A stretch of DNA of 64,000 bases. Source: Octopus vulgaris. Lineage: Eukaryota. Position 1 is the first letter of the stretch; every line of letters starts with the position of its first letter. The notes below the pieces were generated by a model. It ran no database searches and was not told the DNA's origin. It saw only the letters and a program-made list of their open reading frames with translations. Positions 24,429-37,967 of the stretch are shown one piece after another. Both the position numbers and the translations under genes were made by a program. The stretch is taken from NCBI GenBank assembly GCA_951406725.2, contig OX597830.1, positions 4,588,001 to 4,652,000 of the forward strand, read 5' to 3'.

Positions 24429-26333
24429 TTATAGAAGAATGAAAGTAAATTTTTGAAGTGAACCTTGTGTTAAACGGGGTGCAGGCATGGCTGTGTGATT
24501 AAGAGTTTCAGTATGAAATTATGTAGTTCCATGTTCAATTCTCATATGTGGTGTATTGGGCAGGTGTCTTCTACCATAGATACAAAATGACCATAAAGAA
24601 ATACTTTGTCAGCCCTCCATGGAAGCCCCTTGTACATCCATGCCTGTGAGTGTGTTTAAGGGCACATATATTGTTTGCTACTTTATATCAGTGTAGAATA
24701 TAAATATTGGTGAACAACAAACCAAAAACTAAAAGTGCTTAACAAATGAGGCTTCTTGAGATATTTGTTCTGCATTGAGACACAAATACTCCCCTTGTTA
24801 CACTCACCATCAAGCATGCAGTAAATAAGTTATTGGAAACCTGAAACCAATGATGCTTTTATTTTACCAATTGGGATATAAAATAAATAAAAAGATCAAA
24901 ATTAAACAAGGAAAATAAATTTATCTATATGCATAATAAAAATTGAATTGCAGTTAATTCAATTTTCTAAAATAATATTATAGGATGTTTCTTTGAAGCT
25001 ATTTTTATTTTTTAAAATTTCATTATGTTTTAATTTTGAAGGGACACATTTGAGATTTAATCTACAAAATTAAAGGGGGGAAAAACACAAAACAAAGCAA
25101 AATAAGTATAAAAATAAAGAAATTTCTAGATTACATGATTTAATATCTGGAGATTGAGGTAATCCATATTTTGTAGAAATACCAGTTTAGTTTGGGGAAA
25201 TTTGGATTCAGCTTGGAATCAATAAAATAATAATATTATGGAGTAACAAAATATACAAAAACAAGTGAAATCCTAAACACATACATTGCAGGAACTGGTT
25301 ATTTTTGAGGCTGGTTCCTTTGTTTCAAAGCTTGGTATATGAACGTATATTTATTTATTTATTTTTTGTAGCCATTATTTTAATTATCTTCAATGTGTTG
25401 TTAATATGATGCAACATAACAAAGTGTAGCAGAGAATATAGAATTTGTTTGTTCAATAATTACAAATCAGGCTAACACCCTAACTTAGAGAAAAGAAAAA
25501 TGTCCACCCATTCCTTTAACGAATGCCATTCCTTTGAGTCAGATAATTTGATTATTATCGAGCTTTAAATTCCAAAAAATGATGTTCAGCCAAATCATGT
25601 ATATCTTGCACGTGTTAAAGGCAGGTTTAAATCTAATAAAACATTTGAGCCTTGCAGATAGATTGCGTTTTTTGGTTTTTATATCTAGCAACATTAATAT
25701 TGATTTGAGCGTGAATGACTGTTGAAGTTGATCAGGAGTGACAGAATCAATCGAGGCTTCATAAGACAGCAATGGCCAGTCTATAAATCTGCTAGGATAA
25801 GGAAATTATTGGCAAGCCGTTGCGTAAAAGTTAAACTCATCCCAGAATATAAGTTTAGTTGATGAATCGAGAACCAACTTTGGAAAAACAAATAGGACCG
25901 CGATGGCAACGGTGATAACTAATATCAATATTATGGATTTCAAGCCTCACTTGTCTGCTTGCTGTGTCCACTGGAATGGTTTATTACACAGAATGGAATT
26001 GCATTGGTAGATCTCATATTTGATTAATGACAAACTTAACTGACTAGAGTCATATTTCAATTTCTTGGCACCCCTCCTCCTCTTTATCTGCTTTCTATTA
26101 GGTTTAATATATAAATATAAAAAAATATGTTCATGAACAGGAAACAGGAAATTTTAGGGAAGAAGCAAAAAACCATAATCTGTTGCTGTTTATACAATCA
26201 CCATGGATATTGCTTAGTGAAAATGGTGAATAACTGAAGCCAAACTGTTGCCTATGTCCACCATGGACTTGTATTCAATAACAATTACTAATCAATTTAT
26301 TGCTGTTATTATTATTAGTAGTAATATTATTCC

Positions 26334-26730
26334 TAAGGTGGTGAGCTGGCAGAATCGTTAGCATGCTAGGCAAAACGCTTAGTGGCATTTCACCCATCAT
26401 TATGCTCTGGGTTCAAATTCTGCCACGGTCAACTTTGCCTTTCATCCTTTTGGGGTCCATAAAATAAGTACCAGTTGAACACTGGGGTCGATGTGTCTCA
26501 TCCCTCCTTCCCAGAAATTGCTGCCCTTGTGGCAAAGTTTGAAACCATTCTTAAGTATTATTCTTATTGCTGTTGATGTTGTTAGTGTCACGAGTTGGCA
26601 GAACTGTTAGCATGCTGGGCAAAATGTTTAGGAGTATTTCATCCATCTTTATGTTGTGAGTTCAAATCCCACTGAGGGCAACTTTGTTTGTCACCTTTTC
26701 AGGATTGATAAAATAAGTACCAGTTGAGCA
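26334..26730 (+). mobile_element. Two tandem SINE family B copies (26334-26548 and 26588-26730)
   Basis: AAGGTGGTGAGCTGGCAGAATCGTTAGC (A box) ... GGGTTCAAATTC (B box) ... AAATAAGTACCAGTTGA, repeated twice. Confidence 0.85.
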
Positions 26731-28597
26731 GTAGCAAGAATCCTTTTCCATTGGTTTCGTTTCGCAGAGAAAAACCAGTCCACAAATTATTAATTAAAAG
26801 AGGTAAACAATTAAAATTAGAAAAATAAGCCTTCAAACAACTTCTGCTTTATAAAGAAACATTTTCAGCAGGAACGTTTACTGCCCCCCCCCCCCCCCCA
26901 CACCTCACCCAACCCCCTACACCCACTGCCCCACTCCTACTCTTGCTGCCCCATCCCTCACTCTCACTACCCCACCCTCTACATTCACACCCACTAACAA
27001 TAATATCCTAAATAATAGAAACAACAAAATACTTAAAATATGATCAACAGACACTATTAAAACAACAACAGCAACAGTGAATAAAGTTTAATGAATTTTC
27101 TTAAAGAATTTTTGCAAAGATGTTTAATTCAAAATATATGAATTGAGCATTTTCAAAGGCACAGAGGCAAAAACAGGATTGAAAGTGTAGGAAATGGGTG
27201 AGGGCTGAGAGATGTTACAGAATCCAACGGAAGAAAGGGTTTGATGTTTGTTTTTCAACTTCATAAAACTCTTCATTTGATGAGTAACAACTTCAAACAC
27301 CTCAGTCTTCCCTTCTCTCCCTCTCTCTAGCCCCACCCTTTCTCCAGTTTATTTCTACTTTACTTTACCTTCAATAAACATTCAATATTATTAGTGGGAA
27401 ATTATTGAGAAGTTGTCCATCTGTCACCAAACTGGCACAGCCAGATGACATTCTGTCATCAATATTCAATATTAGGCCCAATTATAAATGTTTTCTTACT
27501 CTAGGTTTGAGAATTAAAATTTATTGACAAAATCAAACAAAAAAAATGTAGCTTTTTCACTTCCCCTTGTGCATGTGTGTATATACACATATATATATGT
27601 GGGTGGGTAGAATTTAATATTATGTATGTGCACAAGTGTACAAGTAAATATCAAATATATGAACGTAGAAGACACGTGTTACGTTGTGAAGTAGGATATT
27701 TAAAGTTATCATTTGACAGGGTTTGGAGACTGATCCCATGTAGTAAAAAGACAACACTTCCTTGAAGGATTTTGGGACTGTTTCACTTGCAAATATTTAT
27801 AAAGCAACCATACTGAGACTGAAGTGGAATGCCTCTAACTGTAAAGGAGATACCCACGAGGAGATTAAGATAATACCCATCAATTTTGTTTCAGTACTGC
27901 TTAAGTATAATGATGAATATATTTCACCATTGATATATATAAATAATATACACACATGTTCATCTTACACAATCATCGGATGTATTATTCTGTTGTTATT
28001 CAACTGATCAGGTATATCCAGTTATAATATTCCAAATGTTTCATGTCTTCTATAATTACATTTGCATTCTTTTATTGTTCCAATTCTTTTTTCTTCAAAC
28101 TTTCCTGTGCTGGAATCCTAACTATAAATTTACCTGGACTTCTACCTTTAACGATATGTTATATAACGTGTGTAATATTCTCAAATTATATTTCAATTTT
28201 TATTATGTCATTCTGTTTCTCATTACTTTTTCAATCTTCTCTTAACACCTTATTTTTAATCTTCAGATCTATAATTTACATATTTTGATGTTCACTATCT
28301 TTCCTATTTCTCCATTATTCACAATAACAATTCGTATTTCCTGATAAAATTTGCTTTCACAATAAGAAACTAATTTTCTCTAATTTACATTTGTTTTGTT
28401 TGTTTGTTTGTTTTTTGGTGGGGGGATTGTTTTTAACAAAATTTTTATTTGGTCTCTAGTTATTGTTTAACCCTAGGCTAGTCTTGATTGGCCCATAATC
28501 AAGAGCATTCCAGCTATGCCCATCTAGTCTGATTTTTCCTTTTCGTAAACATCCACAATTGCACCTTTTCCAACATAACTTGTTTTTTTTTCAAAGG

Positions 28598-29006
28598 CTT
28601 TATTCTTTTACTTCCTTGGCCATGCTGGAGCACTATTTTAAAGAGTTTAGCAGTTCAATCATTGAAATTCATCCTGTACTTGTTTTTATTATCTCTAGTC
28701 CATATTTTATTGATCTCTTTGGTTATACTGCTAAGTTATGGAGATGTGTCAAACAAGGGATGCTGGAACAAACACAAACACAACTGTGTAACTCTGAATG
28801 TGCATCTACACACTCTAACACATACACACACACACACACATGCTACAGTCTTTTACGCAGTATCTGTCAACTAAATTCTCCCAACAGGCATTGACCGGCC
28901 AGGACTATTGTAGAAGACACTTACCTAAAGTGTAGTCCAGTGGGACTGAACCTGAAACTAGGCAGTTGCAAAGCAAATTTCTTAACCATGTAGCCGTGTC
29001 TGCACC
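28598..29006 (-). mobile_element. tRNA-derived SINE family A, near full length
   Basis: Reverse complement of the copy at 59555-59938, including internal (CA)n and the GCTCCAGCATGGCC tail. Confidence 0.75.
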
Positions 29007-29682
29007 TGAAGGAGGAGTATACGTTGAAGGACATTTGGCTGCTATTTCTAGAAGACTAAGCATCTACAAAGAGGCTGTCTTTAAAGAAATTTAAAAATAA
29101 GTTGAAGAAACTTTAGTAGAGGTCTAAAAATTCAGAATGGATAGGGTGGCAGGGGTGGGGGTGGGGTTACTGCTCAAAAGGTCATAACCTCCAGGTATGC
29201 CACAGTAATTGCAAATGTCTGCTGAGATACCACTCCTACATCATGGTTAAGTGGTAAGAATTAAGAAAGAACTTAACTTTTAATAATAAAATTACTGCAG
29301 CTGCAGAAATTCAAACAAACATCGAAATTGATAGAATCACCCAACCCACTTTGTCACAGAAACATGCAACTTGAAAACATTTCAAAATATAAATTTAAAA
29401 GGTTTCTGATGGTTTGTTGTTCAGTTGCTGAAAGAAGAACATCACATTAACACGACTTATTCAAACTTGAGGAAGTGAGTTCAAGTTGAACTCTGTCCAC
29501 TGTTGTCTCAGTTGCTGTCTGTTGTCTTTTATTTCAGGTTTAATAAGAATCCAGTCATAATTCCATTTCTGACAATAAATCCTTCCTTTCTAGTCACATT
29601 TCTTTTATTCATTCTCATTCTGTATTTAGCCATTGTTCTAATTGTGATTGGCCTGGCAGCTTGTAAATTATCTTAGGTGCCT

Positions 29683-29917
29683 GTAGGGTGGCTAGCTGGC
29701 AGTAACGTTAGCGTGTCGGGCGAAATGCTTAGCAGTATTTCGTCTGTCGTTACATTCTGAGTTCAAATTCCGCTGAAGTCGACTTTGCTTTTCATCTTTT
29801 TGGGGTTGATAAATTAAGTACCAGTTTCACACTGGGGTCGATGTAATCGACTTAATCCCTTTGTCCGTCCTTGTTTGTCCCCTCTATGTTTAACCCCTTG
29901 TGGGCAGTAAAGAAATA
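29683..29917 (+). mobile_element. Full-length, young SINE family B with 14-bp TSD
   Basis: TATCTTAGGTGCCT at 29669-29682 and 29918-29931; A/B boxes; CpGs retained; tail ...GGGCAGTAAAGAAATA. Confidence 0.92.
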
Positions 29918-30019
29918 TATCTTAGGTGCCTATGTAGTTGCAAGAACATATAGATACTTTTGGCTGTCCCATACTTAATTGAGGGTGTGAAAGCCAGTGG
30001 GGGAGAGAGAGAGAGATGC

Positions 30020-30180
30020 AGCAACAGCTGGTTGGTAAGCTTTCTCAGTTGAGCGGATTGGAACAAAGTGAAATGAAGTACTTTGCTCAAGGACACAAAG
30101 CTCCACTCAGTCCTGGAATCAAACTCATGGCCTTGAGATTGCAAGACCAATGCCCCTACCCACAGGCCAGGTGCCCCCAC
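30020..30180 (-). mobile_element. tRNA-derived SINE head (different family)
   Basis: Minus strand GGCACCTGGCCTGTGGGTAGGGGCATTGG...GAGTTTGATTCC...GTGTCCTTGAGCAAAGTACTT; related heads at about 13160-13230 and 32636-32760. Confidence 0.55.
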
Positions 30181-30469
30181 TTCTCTTTCTCTATTTATAA
30201 ATATACAAATATTACAAATATTTGTATATAAAATGTAACATTCTACCATTTTGACAGAGAAGATGTTGCAAAGAGAATTATTCTGTAATAAATTTTGGTT
30301 TCAACAAGGTTTTTAAACTACGTGATTTTGAAATCTAATTTGCCAGCAAAATATGGAATTTAAAGAAGATTTAGTAACTTAGTGAAATGCAGTCATTTAC
30401 GCACCACTTTTACCTGTTATTTCTATCACATTCAGAAAGAGCTTTAATCAATTTTTGAAAAATGAAATA

Positions 30470-30742
30470 TTAACATGTCTTTGAAGAATAGAATTTTAAC
30501 CAATTTACAAAGAATAACCAATTTTCTAAGAACAGAATTTTATGTAATTTCTGAAGAATAACCAATTTTTAAAGAACAATTTTAACTAATTTCTAAGGAA
30601 TAGAATTTTAGACAGATTTTGAAGAATAGAATCTTAACCAATTTATAATGAATAAGCAATTTTAGAAGAATGGAATTTTGTGTAATTTCTGAAGAATAAC
30701 CAATTTTGAAGAATAGCGATTCAACCAATTTTTTTAGGAAAC
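30470..30742. repeat. Degenerate minisatellite with 138-bp higher-order duplication
   Basis: Monomers GAAGAATA(GAATTTTA)ACCAATTT; the block starting at 30481 recurs at 30619. Confidence 0.8.
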
Positions 30743-31534
30743 TGTATAAAATCTAATTCCTGAAGATTTGTTGAAAATATTTCAGATATTTAATTTTGTA
30801 GAACTGTTGCCATAAAGGTCTGTTTCCAGTAAATATCTCGTTTCAAAGTTTGTTTAATTAAATATTAACAACTGCAAATAACAAGCAACATCATTAAATG
30901 ATCTACTTTCTGCAACAACAGTTTCGTTAGGTTTAACTTTCTACCTGCATAAACTCAAATTGAATCATCAGTAATTTTAGTAGCTGACTGAACCATTGCA
31001 GGTTCAATGCTTACAGTAACTGTGTATTGTTTTTTGGGGAGGAAGACTTATCTTAGAGTACCACAATCAATCTTATTGTAAATAGCTATCAAATAACATC
31101 CATCACTAACAGATGCAATATAGCAAAGTGAACTGGAGGATAAAATACTGTATTACAAATGCTTATGCTGTAAGTTCAAATCCATAACAGGTTTGAGTTT
31201 TTTTATTTTGTTATTTAAAAATAAGCATGAAAAATAGTTAACCTTACCTTCCGTTGTTTTATTTATTCATCCACCCATTGAGTTCAATGAACTTTAGACT
31301 GACCCATTTCTAATTGTATTTCTGTGGAAATACATGGCTTTTATTTCAATTAAATTTGAAAATAACAAAGAATTTAGCATAAACAGCTTTGCCATTATTT
31401 AGCTGATATTTGGATCATAACATAAAAAATTGAGGGAAGGTTTTGATCAGATCAAAACAAGAAGTTTGAGTCAGAGAAGGAAGGGAGGTGTCCCAGGGGG
31501 TTGGGGGTTTGCTTAATCCACCTCACTTGCCATA

Positions 31535-31746
31535 TTAACCCTTTAGCATTCAGATCGCTCATTTATTCAAATGGTTTTGAATTAATCATGCATTATATCA
31601 TAGCTTTCAGATTTCAACAATGTAACTGCTTAGAATGACATTGTAAGGTAGGTGTGAGAGGCAGGATCTGGCCAATTTGAACACAAAAAAGGTGAAATAT
31701 CTTGGTTGGATATGGCAATTTAGTTTATTGCACTTTAAAGTGTTAA
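31535..31746. mobile_element. piggyBac-like MITE
   Basis: Starts TTAA-CCCTTTAGCATT and ends TAAAGTG-TTAA (decayed TAAAGGG-TTAA). Confidence 0.5.
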
Positions 31747-33104
31747 TCCAACTTTATACTACAGTGCCTTAATTCACTGACCCATGAAATTCATTCAGCT
31801 TTACTTTAACCTCACTGACTTATCTCTAGTATCCGCTTCATATTACATTACCTTCATTCACCCACCTGTAAATTTCATTACATTGTTTCAATTCATCTAC
31901 CTGTAAAGTTCATCTACATTTACCTTACGTCGCCTTAATCCACCTCACTTGCCAGGAACAGGGACCAAATCATCCTAGATTATCTGTGATAAACTAGTTT
32001 CTTATCCAATGGATGATTTCTTTCTTATCAGTTTCATACCAAGGAACTGGGAAAAGGCAACATCTTTGAAAAAACATTTAAAGTTAAGTTACCCTTATAT
32101 CTCAGAATAATTTCATTATTAACTCTGCAGTGAATAAATTATGAAATCTGCTGAATTTTGGCACATAAAACCATTTATTTCTTACAATCATTTTCTTCTA
32201 AAACCTCTCTTGGTGGGTTCTTACTGTCTTTTATTTCTATTTATTTACAATTATTATAACTGCTAACTTAGACTTACCAAAAAAACACAAAGCGTTTTTT
32301 TAAATCTCTATTCTACAACACATATCAATTAACAATAGATTTAAGTCTCCAGTGGGGCATTCACTGCATTTCTGAGAGTGAGAGAGAGATAAAGAAGAGT
32401 TTGTGTAACTTTGGCTGAATAAATACTCTAGAAAGTATTTGTGTTAGATACACTGGTTTATTGGTTTTCTCATCAATGCCTCTCAATGACATACAAATAT
32501 ATGCATACACACACACATATATACACACATACACACACACAACAATTTCCTTCCTCCAAATTCCTCTCAGAAGTATTTGGTTAACCCATCAGAGACTATG
32601 ATGGAAAATACTTTGACCCCTGATGCCTCACAGAGGGAGGCACAATGGCCATTGGGGGTTAAGATGTTGCTGAACTATAAATTACATCATCACCGGAGGT
32701 TCAGCTCTTACAGCCCACACTGAATCGTGCCCCTGAGCAGGGCACCTAAGTCCCCCCTGAACCGCTCCTATTTCATTGTTGAACAACTAACACACGGAAG
32801 GACATTCAGTTTTATAAACAATTCTTGCAACACACAAACCATCCCAAAATATGCAAGAATGGACAAAATGGATGTAAAAACAAAATTTGTTGTTTTAGTG
32901 ATTCAATCAGACCTTTTTGCCAATGGGAGAAATCATCAGTTTATTGATTCAATGAATTTACTTCCTCGATTGACTGTTTGACATTTCATTATTTGTTAAA
33001 TTCCTCCCACAATTCATAAATGGTTTTTGATAAATCATCATCAAAATGTCAGAAGGAGGATCAGAAAAAAATTGAAGCTCTAACAGTTTCAGAAATATTG
33101 GTAC

Positions 33105-33105
<1 letters not shown>

Positions 33106-33165
<60 letters not shown>

Positions 33166-33170
33166 TCATA

Positions 33171-33221
<51 letters not shown>
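33106..33221. repeat. (TAA)n/(TGA) microsatellite
   Basis: Direct inspection. Confidence 0.97.
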
Positions 33222-33779
33222 GTCGTTGTCGTTTAATGTCTGCTTTCTATGCTGGCATGGGTTGGATGGTTTGACTGAGGGCTGGTGAGCCAGAAGGCTG
33301 CACCAGGCTCCAGTCTGATCTGGCAAAGTTTCTACAGCTGGATGCCCTTCCTAATGCCAACAACTCTGAAAGTGTAGTGGGTGCTTTAATGTGCCACCGA
33401 CACAAGGGCCCATCAGGCAGTACTGGCATTGACCATGCTGAAATGGTGCTATTTACATGCCACCTGCACAGGAGCCAGTCAGGCGCATTGGCAACAATCA
33501 TGCTCAAATGATGCTTCTAACATTCCAGGTGGTACTGTCATCGGCCAAGACAATGATTTCACTTGCCTCAACAGGTCTTTGCCTGTGGAGATTATTGCCC
33601 AATGTTTGAAGAGTACCCTTAAATGGGCTGGTTATGCAGCACTGACATAGGCCACGGTTATGATCTCACTTGGGTTTCCGGGTCTTCTCAAGTACAGCAT
33701 ATCTCCAAAGGTCTCTGTCACTTGTCATTGCCTTGAAGAGGCCCAATGTTCAAAGGTCATGCTTCACCACCTTGTCCCA
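33222..33779 (-). mobile_element. 5'-truncated RTE (BovB-like) LINE: ORF C-terminus plus 3'UTR
   Basis: Minus 33779-33666 translates WDKVVKHDL*TLGLFKAMTSDRDLWRYAVLEKTRKPK*, typical of the RTE C-terminal W..V..D....DR..W motif; followed by the 3'UTR shared with many repeats in the window. Confidence 0.85.
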
Positions 33780-33799
33780 AGTAATAATAATAATAATAA

Positions 33800-34272
33800 T
33801 CCTTTCTACTGGAGGCACTAGGCCTCACATTTGTGGGGAAAGGACAAGTTGATTACACTGATCCCAGTGTTTCACTGGTACTTAATTTATCAACTCCAAA
33901 AGGATGAAAGGTAAAGTTGACTGTGGTGGAATTTGAATTCAGAATTTAACGATGGGTGAAATACCGCTAAGCATTATATCCAACATACTAATGGGTCTGC
34001 AAGCTTGCTTCCTTCATAATAATAATAATAATAATAATTATAATAATAATAATAATGGTTTCAAATTTTGGCACAAAGCTGGTAATTTTAGTGGAAGGAA
34101 TAAATTGATATCATTGACCCCAGATATTAATTTGATTGACCCTGAAAGGTTGAAAGGTAAAGACAAACTTGGAGGAATTTGAACTCAGAATATAAAAATG
34201 GATGACAAGCCACAAATCATTTTGCCTGGAATGCTAATGATTCTGCTAATGATTCTGCCAGCTCACTGCCTT
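33800..34272 (-). mobile_element. Two tandem SINE family B copies linked by (TAA)n
   Basis: 33800-34012 and 34057-34272 both match the reverse complement of family B. Confidence 0.85.
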
Positions 34273-34329
34273 ATTGATAATAAGCATAATAATAATAATG
34301 GTCATCTAAGTTTTCATGTATTCTATGAA

Positions 34330-35790
34330 AGTCTTCTGTCATCTTATCAGTAAGGTCCAACATAGAGATATAATCTTGCCATTCTTTCCTCACTTTTCTT
34401 CTTCCGCAGACTCTCCATCAACAGTTCTCCATTTGGCATTAATCTTATCCATAGAAACCAAATCCCCCCCCCATCTACACACCACATGGCAATCTACTTG
34501 ACAGCCAATAACTCATTCATCCTGCCTGTACTCCGCATATTCAGTGGGTTAATGCTACCTGTCTAATGAGACATGCTTACCTCATTTCTTGCCAAACTGT
34601 GCAGATAATTTACATTTCCATGGTGGTGCTCCAGCATGACCATAGCTGCATGGCTGCAAAGTAAAAGAATTTCCAGTCTCGGGTCACACTTCGCTGAACA
34701 TCATATCTCTTACCTGATTGCATTCAATCTTCTCTTCACATGTCAATACTCTTCCATTTCTTCTTTACTCTAGCAGATATGTCCCACTATGACCTCTTCT
34801 AACACCCAGAAGATTACATGGCACCAACACCTAAGCCAGTGGTTCTCAACTCTTCCTAGTTCAGTGCCCCACTCCTTTTACCAAATGACATTTTAAAGTC
34901 CTCTCCCCAACCTTTATTGCTGTGCACAAAAAAACAGAATCTGCTTAATTAAAAAAGAAAAAGTACTTTTGCATATTTTTTGTATACAATCCTATCTAGA
35001 ATGGTGTCACTTTTTGGATGTTTGCATCGACTACAATCTTCCTTGTCCCAGATTTTTATGAACATTATTAACAAATATGAGAATTTATTGGAGGAAATTA
35101 TTACAAACTTGGTACATCATTATCAGTCAAGTTTTCTGCTCACTAATAACAAAATGTCCTGTTCACATTCTAATCTTAATAAAGATTTTGTCTCTGTAAT
35201 GTGCTTAAAATATAAATATTATACCTGGTTTAAAAACACCTTCTAAAAACCCACTCTTCCACCACCATCACCCCAAAAGATGCAAAAACTCCACCCCAAA
35301 TTCTCCTTGCCAGTAGCTGCTACCTTGTGAGCCCACAAATGTGTGGGCTTACAAGAATCTACAACCCAGGTGAAGAACTGTTGGCCTAAAAGGAATGGAA
35401 ACAATCATTGGACAGAAACCTGGTAAGCATTAAGATGAAATTCCTCACAGATCTCGTGATAACTCTATCCTTGCTGTTCTTCGTTGACATAGTTTCTACG
35501 TGTCTCACGAACCAATCAACTGCCATTAGATTCCTCACAACCAACCAGAATATCTAATGCCATCTTCATATCAACTAATGGAATGTAGAGTTGTTACTTC
35601 TTATCTAACATTTCTCATGCAGTTGTCTTACTAGAAATCTAGTTATCTGTGGTTCCACATTCTGGCACAAACCCAAACTGTATCTTATCCATCTTCATTA
35701 TCCTGAATTATCTTCACTAGAAATTTCTCAGTTATTTTCAAGAAATGGTTCCACCACTTTAAATCCATTGCATCATTTTCTCTCTTTTAC
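34330..35790 (-). pseudogene. Decayed RTE (BovB-like) LINE RT and C-terminus, interrupted by a hAT MITE
   Basis: Minus strand about 35700-35645 reads DKIQFGFVPECGTTD (cf. QFGFxPGRGTTDAIF); about 35520-35400 resembles EWLVRxVxxMY...HQGSVL; C-terminal-like segments continue at 34330-34810. Confidence 0.7.
34837..35383. mobile_element. hAT (Charlie-like) MITE nested in the RTE relic
   Basis: Left TIR CAGTGGTTCTCAAC; decayed right TIR GGTGAAGAACTGTTG; partial TSD ACCTAAGC/GCCTAAAA; subterminal hairpin TTGTGAGCCCACA-AATG-TGTGGGCTTACAA. Confidence 0.65.
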
Positions 35791-36092
35791 TGTTGAAATA
35801 AAGTGGAAAAAAATATGGAACCTAACATCTGAGTTTTAAATAACTCAGGAAAATAATTCTTCCTACAAGCCCCATTCCCAGAAAATCTGGTACATATTCC
35901 TGACAGCCATATACAATAAAATATTTATCTCTGATTTCAGTCAAAGAATTTTAAATTGTCAGTGATATAGAATAAGCAGTGTAATGAATCTGATTCTAAA
36001 ATAGTGGATATTTTTATTTGAAATCTCTTGAGGGGAAGTAAATCGTTGGGAAAAGCAAAAATACATTTTAACATATTTTAATTTTATTTGTA

Positions 36093-36137
<45 letters not shown>

Positions 36138-37255
36138 TGCTGATTTCACATGTATATAAAAACCTTTTGACTTTTATAAATTATCGTTGCTACTGAACTT
36201 GAAGGTTCTAATGACATATATGAGGTTAATTGGTAATTAATAGTAAAATTATCCAAGATAGCCCCTGAGCAAAGTGTTGCATTAGAAAGGTGAACAGCAT
36301 CAAGCAAGCATATTAAGCACCGTGTAAAAGAGTCAGCCTAGCAATAAATTCAATCTTCCAATTCCTCTCTCTTCCCCCCCCCCCCACACACACACAATAT
36401 AGCAATTATACATTAAAAAACTAAACATTATTTCTACTGCGGAAACTGAAATAAACTCAGATCAAAGGCTAAATTAAGGAGGCAACCAAGAGAAAATTAC
36501 TTTAAGCCAGAAGAGTGATTAGTTAAAGAGCTGCTGCAGTCAGATTCATTCAATTTAGGCTACTAGAATAATATTACTAAGCTGATATAGCTGTCTTTTG
36601 TTTAGCCCCAAGTCTGCCACTAGTGAGTAGGTAGAGAGATGATCAAAATTGTTCCGGCTAGTAACCTTCCATCTTATTCATTTAGCACTACAAATAGCCA
36701 ATGTAGCTAATATTAAGTTCTCAACATTTACCTATTCACTTATTCTACATCTGAACACCATTCTCTATATTGATGGATTTAGCCACTTTAGATACGAAAG
36801 AGTTAAACAGTTTGTTTAAAAACTACATACGTTTTATCCAATACATTATTGGTTCAGATAATCCATCTTCATTATTTGAACATCTACTTTTCCAAGCTTG
36901 CCACAGTCAGTTGGAATTTGTTGAGACAGATACTCATTGACCAAATGCCCTTCCAGTTGCTAATTATCAGCTGTTTCCAAGCAAAGTAAAACTTTCCCCT
37001 GACCGAGTGCGTTTTCACTGGGAACAATGGACACTGCTTGTATAGTGGTGTCACTTGTTTACAATTATTCTATGTTGTCAAGAAAAGAAAGCATACGCAC
37101 ACAGGTATATGCGCAATAAGCTTCTTTCAGTTTCCATCCATGAAATCTACTGAGAAGGCTTATGATAGACTGAACTTGAAACCACAAGGGTGGGAAGCAA
37201 ACTCCTTAACCACACAATACTAACAATAATAATGATTATCAAGCTGCTGCTGCTG

Positions 37256-37290
<35 letters not shown>

Positions 37291-37291
<1 letters not shown>

Positions 37292-37697
37292 GGGCTGCAG
37301 CAAACATTCTGTTCAATACCACAGGTTTGTCAGTCGTTTGACCTTAACCAGTTGAGCATGTCCCTTTGTGGCTGATGATATGTGCATCTCTGATCATGAG
37401 CAGAAGTTGTGGGGGAGCATCATAGCCATGTGTTGAGAAGAATCCTATGGGGTTAAGATAATTCACCCTTAGAAACATGAGTGTTTCATTCAACATCCTT
37501 AAACAACCCTTATTCAGGGACCTTTTGAATGGGATGGGCTACTCAACTTGTAGAACATTCTAACTGGGCCCAACCTGCAAGGTCATGCACTTAATCTTGA
37601 TATGAGATCACCATGTCGTGCACATATTGTTGTGATGCATGTGCCTGGTGTACCCTTATCAGATGGGTAGGTCATGATGGGTATACTGGGCTTCGTT
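37291..37697 (-). mobile_element. Unclassified interspersed repeat abutting (TAA)n, probably non-LTR derived
   Basis: Sharp GC-richer block beginning directly after (TAA)n; no ORF; resembles repeats I associate with octopus genomes, but there is no second copy in the window. Confidence 0.4.
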
Positions 37698-37967
37698 GGG
37701 AATGATAAAGAAGGGAGCTGAGAAGTATATTAAGCAACTCCCTGGTAACTTCAAATCTCCATGAACTACAAAAGATAACCTTGATAGGTCCAGACCATAT
37801 ACTAGGGAAAGCACTCTCCATCTAAAATGGAATAAATGTGGGGATAATTTTAGCATATATAACAAAACAAATGGTCCTTGTTACTCTTGGCCTCCTGAGA
37901 ATGCCCGGTACTAAGGCAGCTGAAATAAAGTTATAATGAAAGGAAACCAATAATAATAATAATAATA

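Noticed and set aside
31512-31954. 21-bp direct repeat CTTAATCCACCTCACTTGCCA (31512 and 31934) as a possible large TSD
   Set aside because: The enclosed DNA is a TTAA-flanked MITE plus degenerate repeats of a similar motif; more likely remnants of a local tandem repeat
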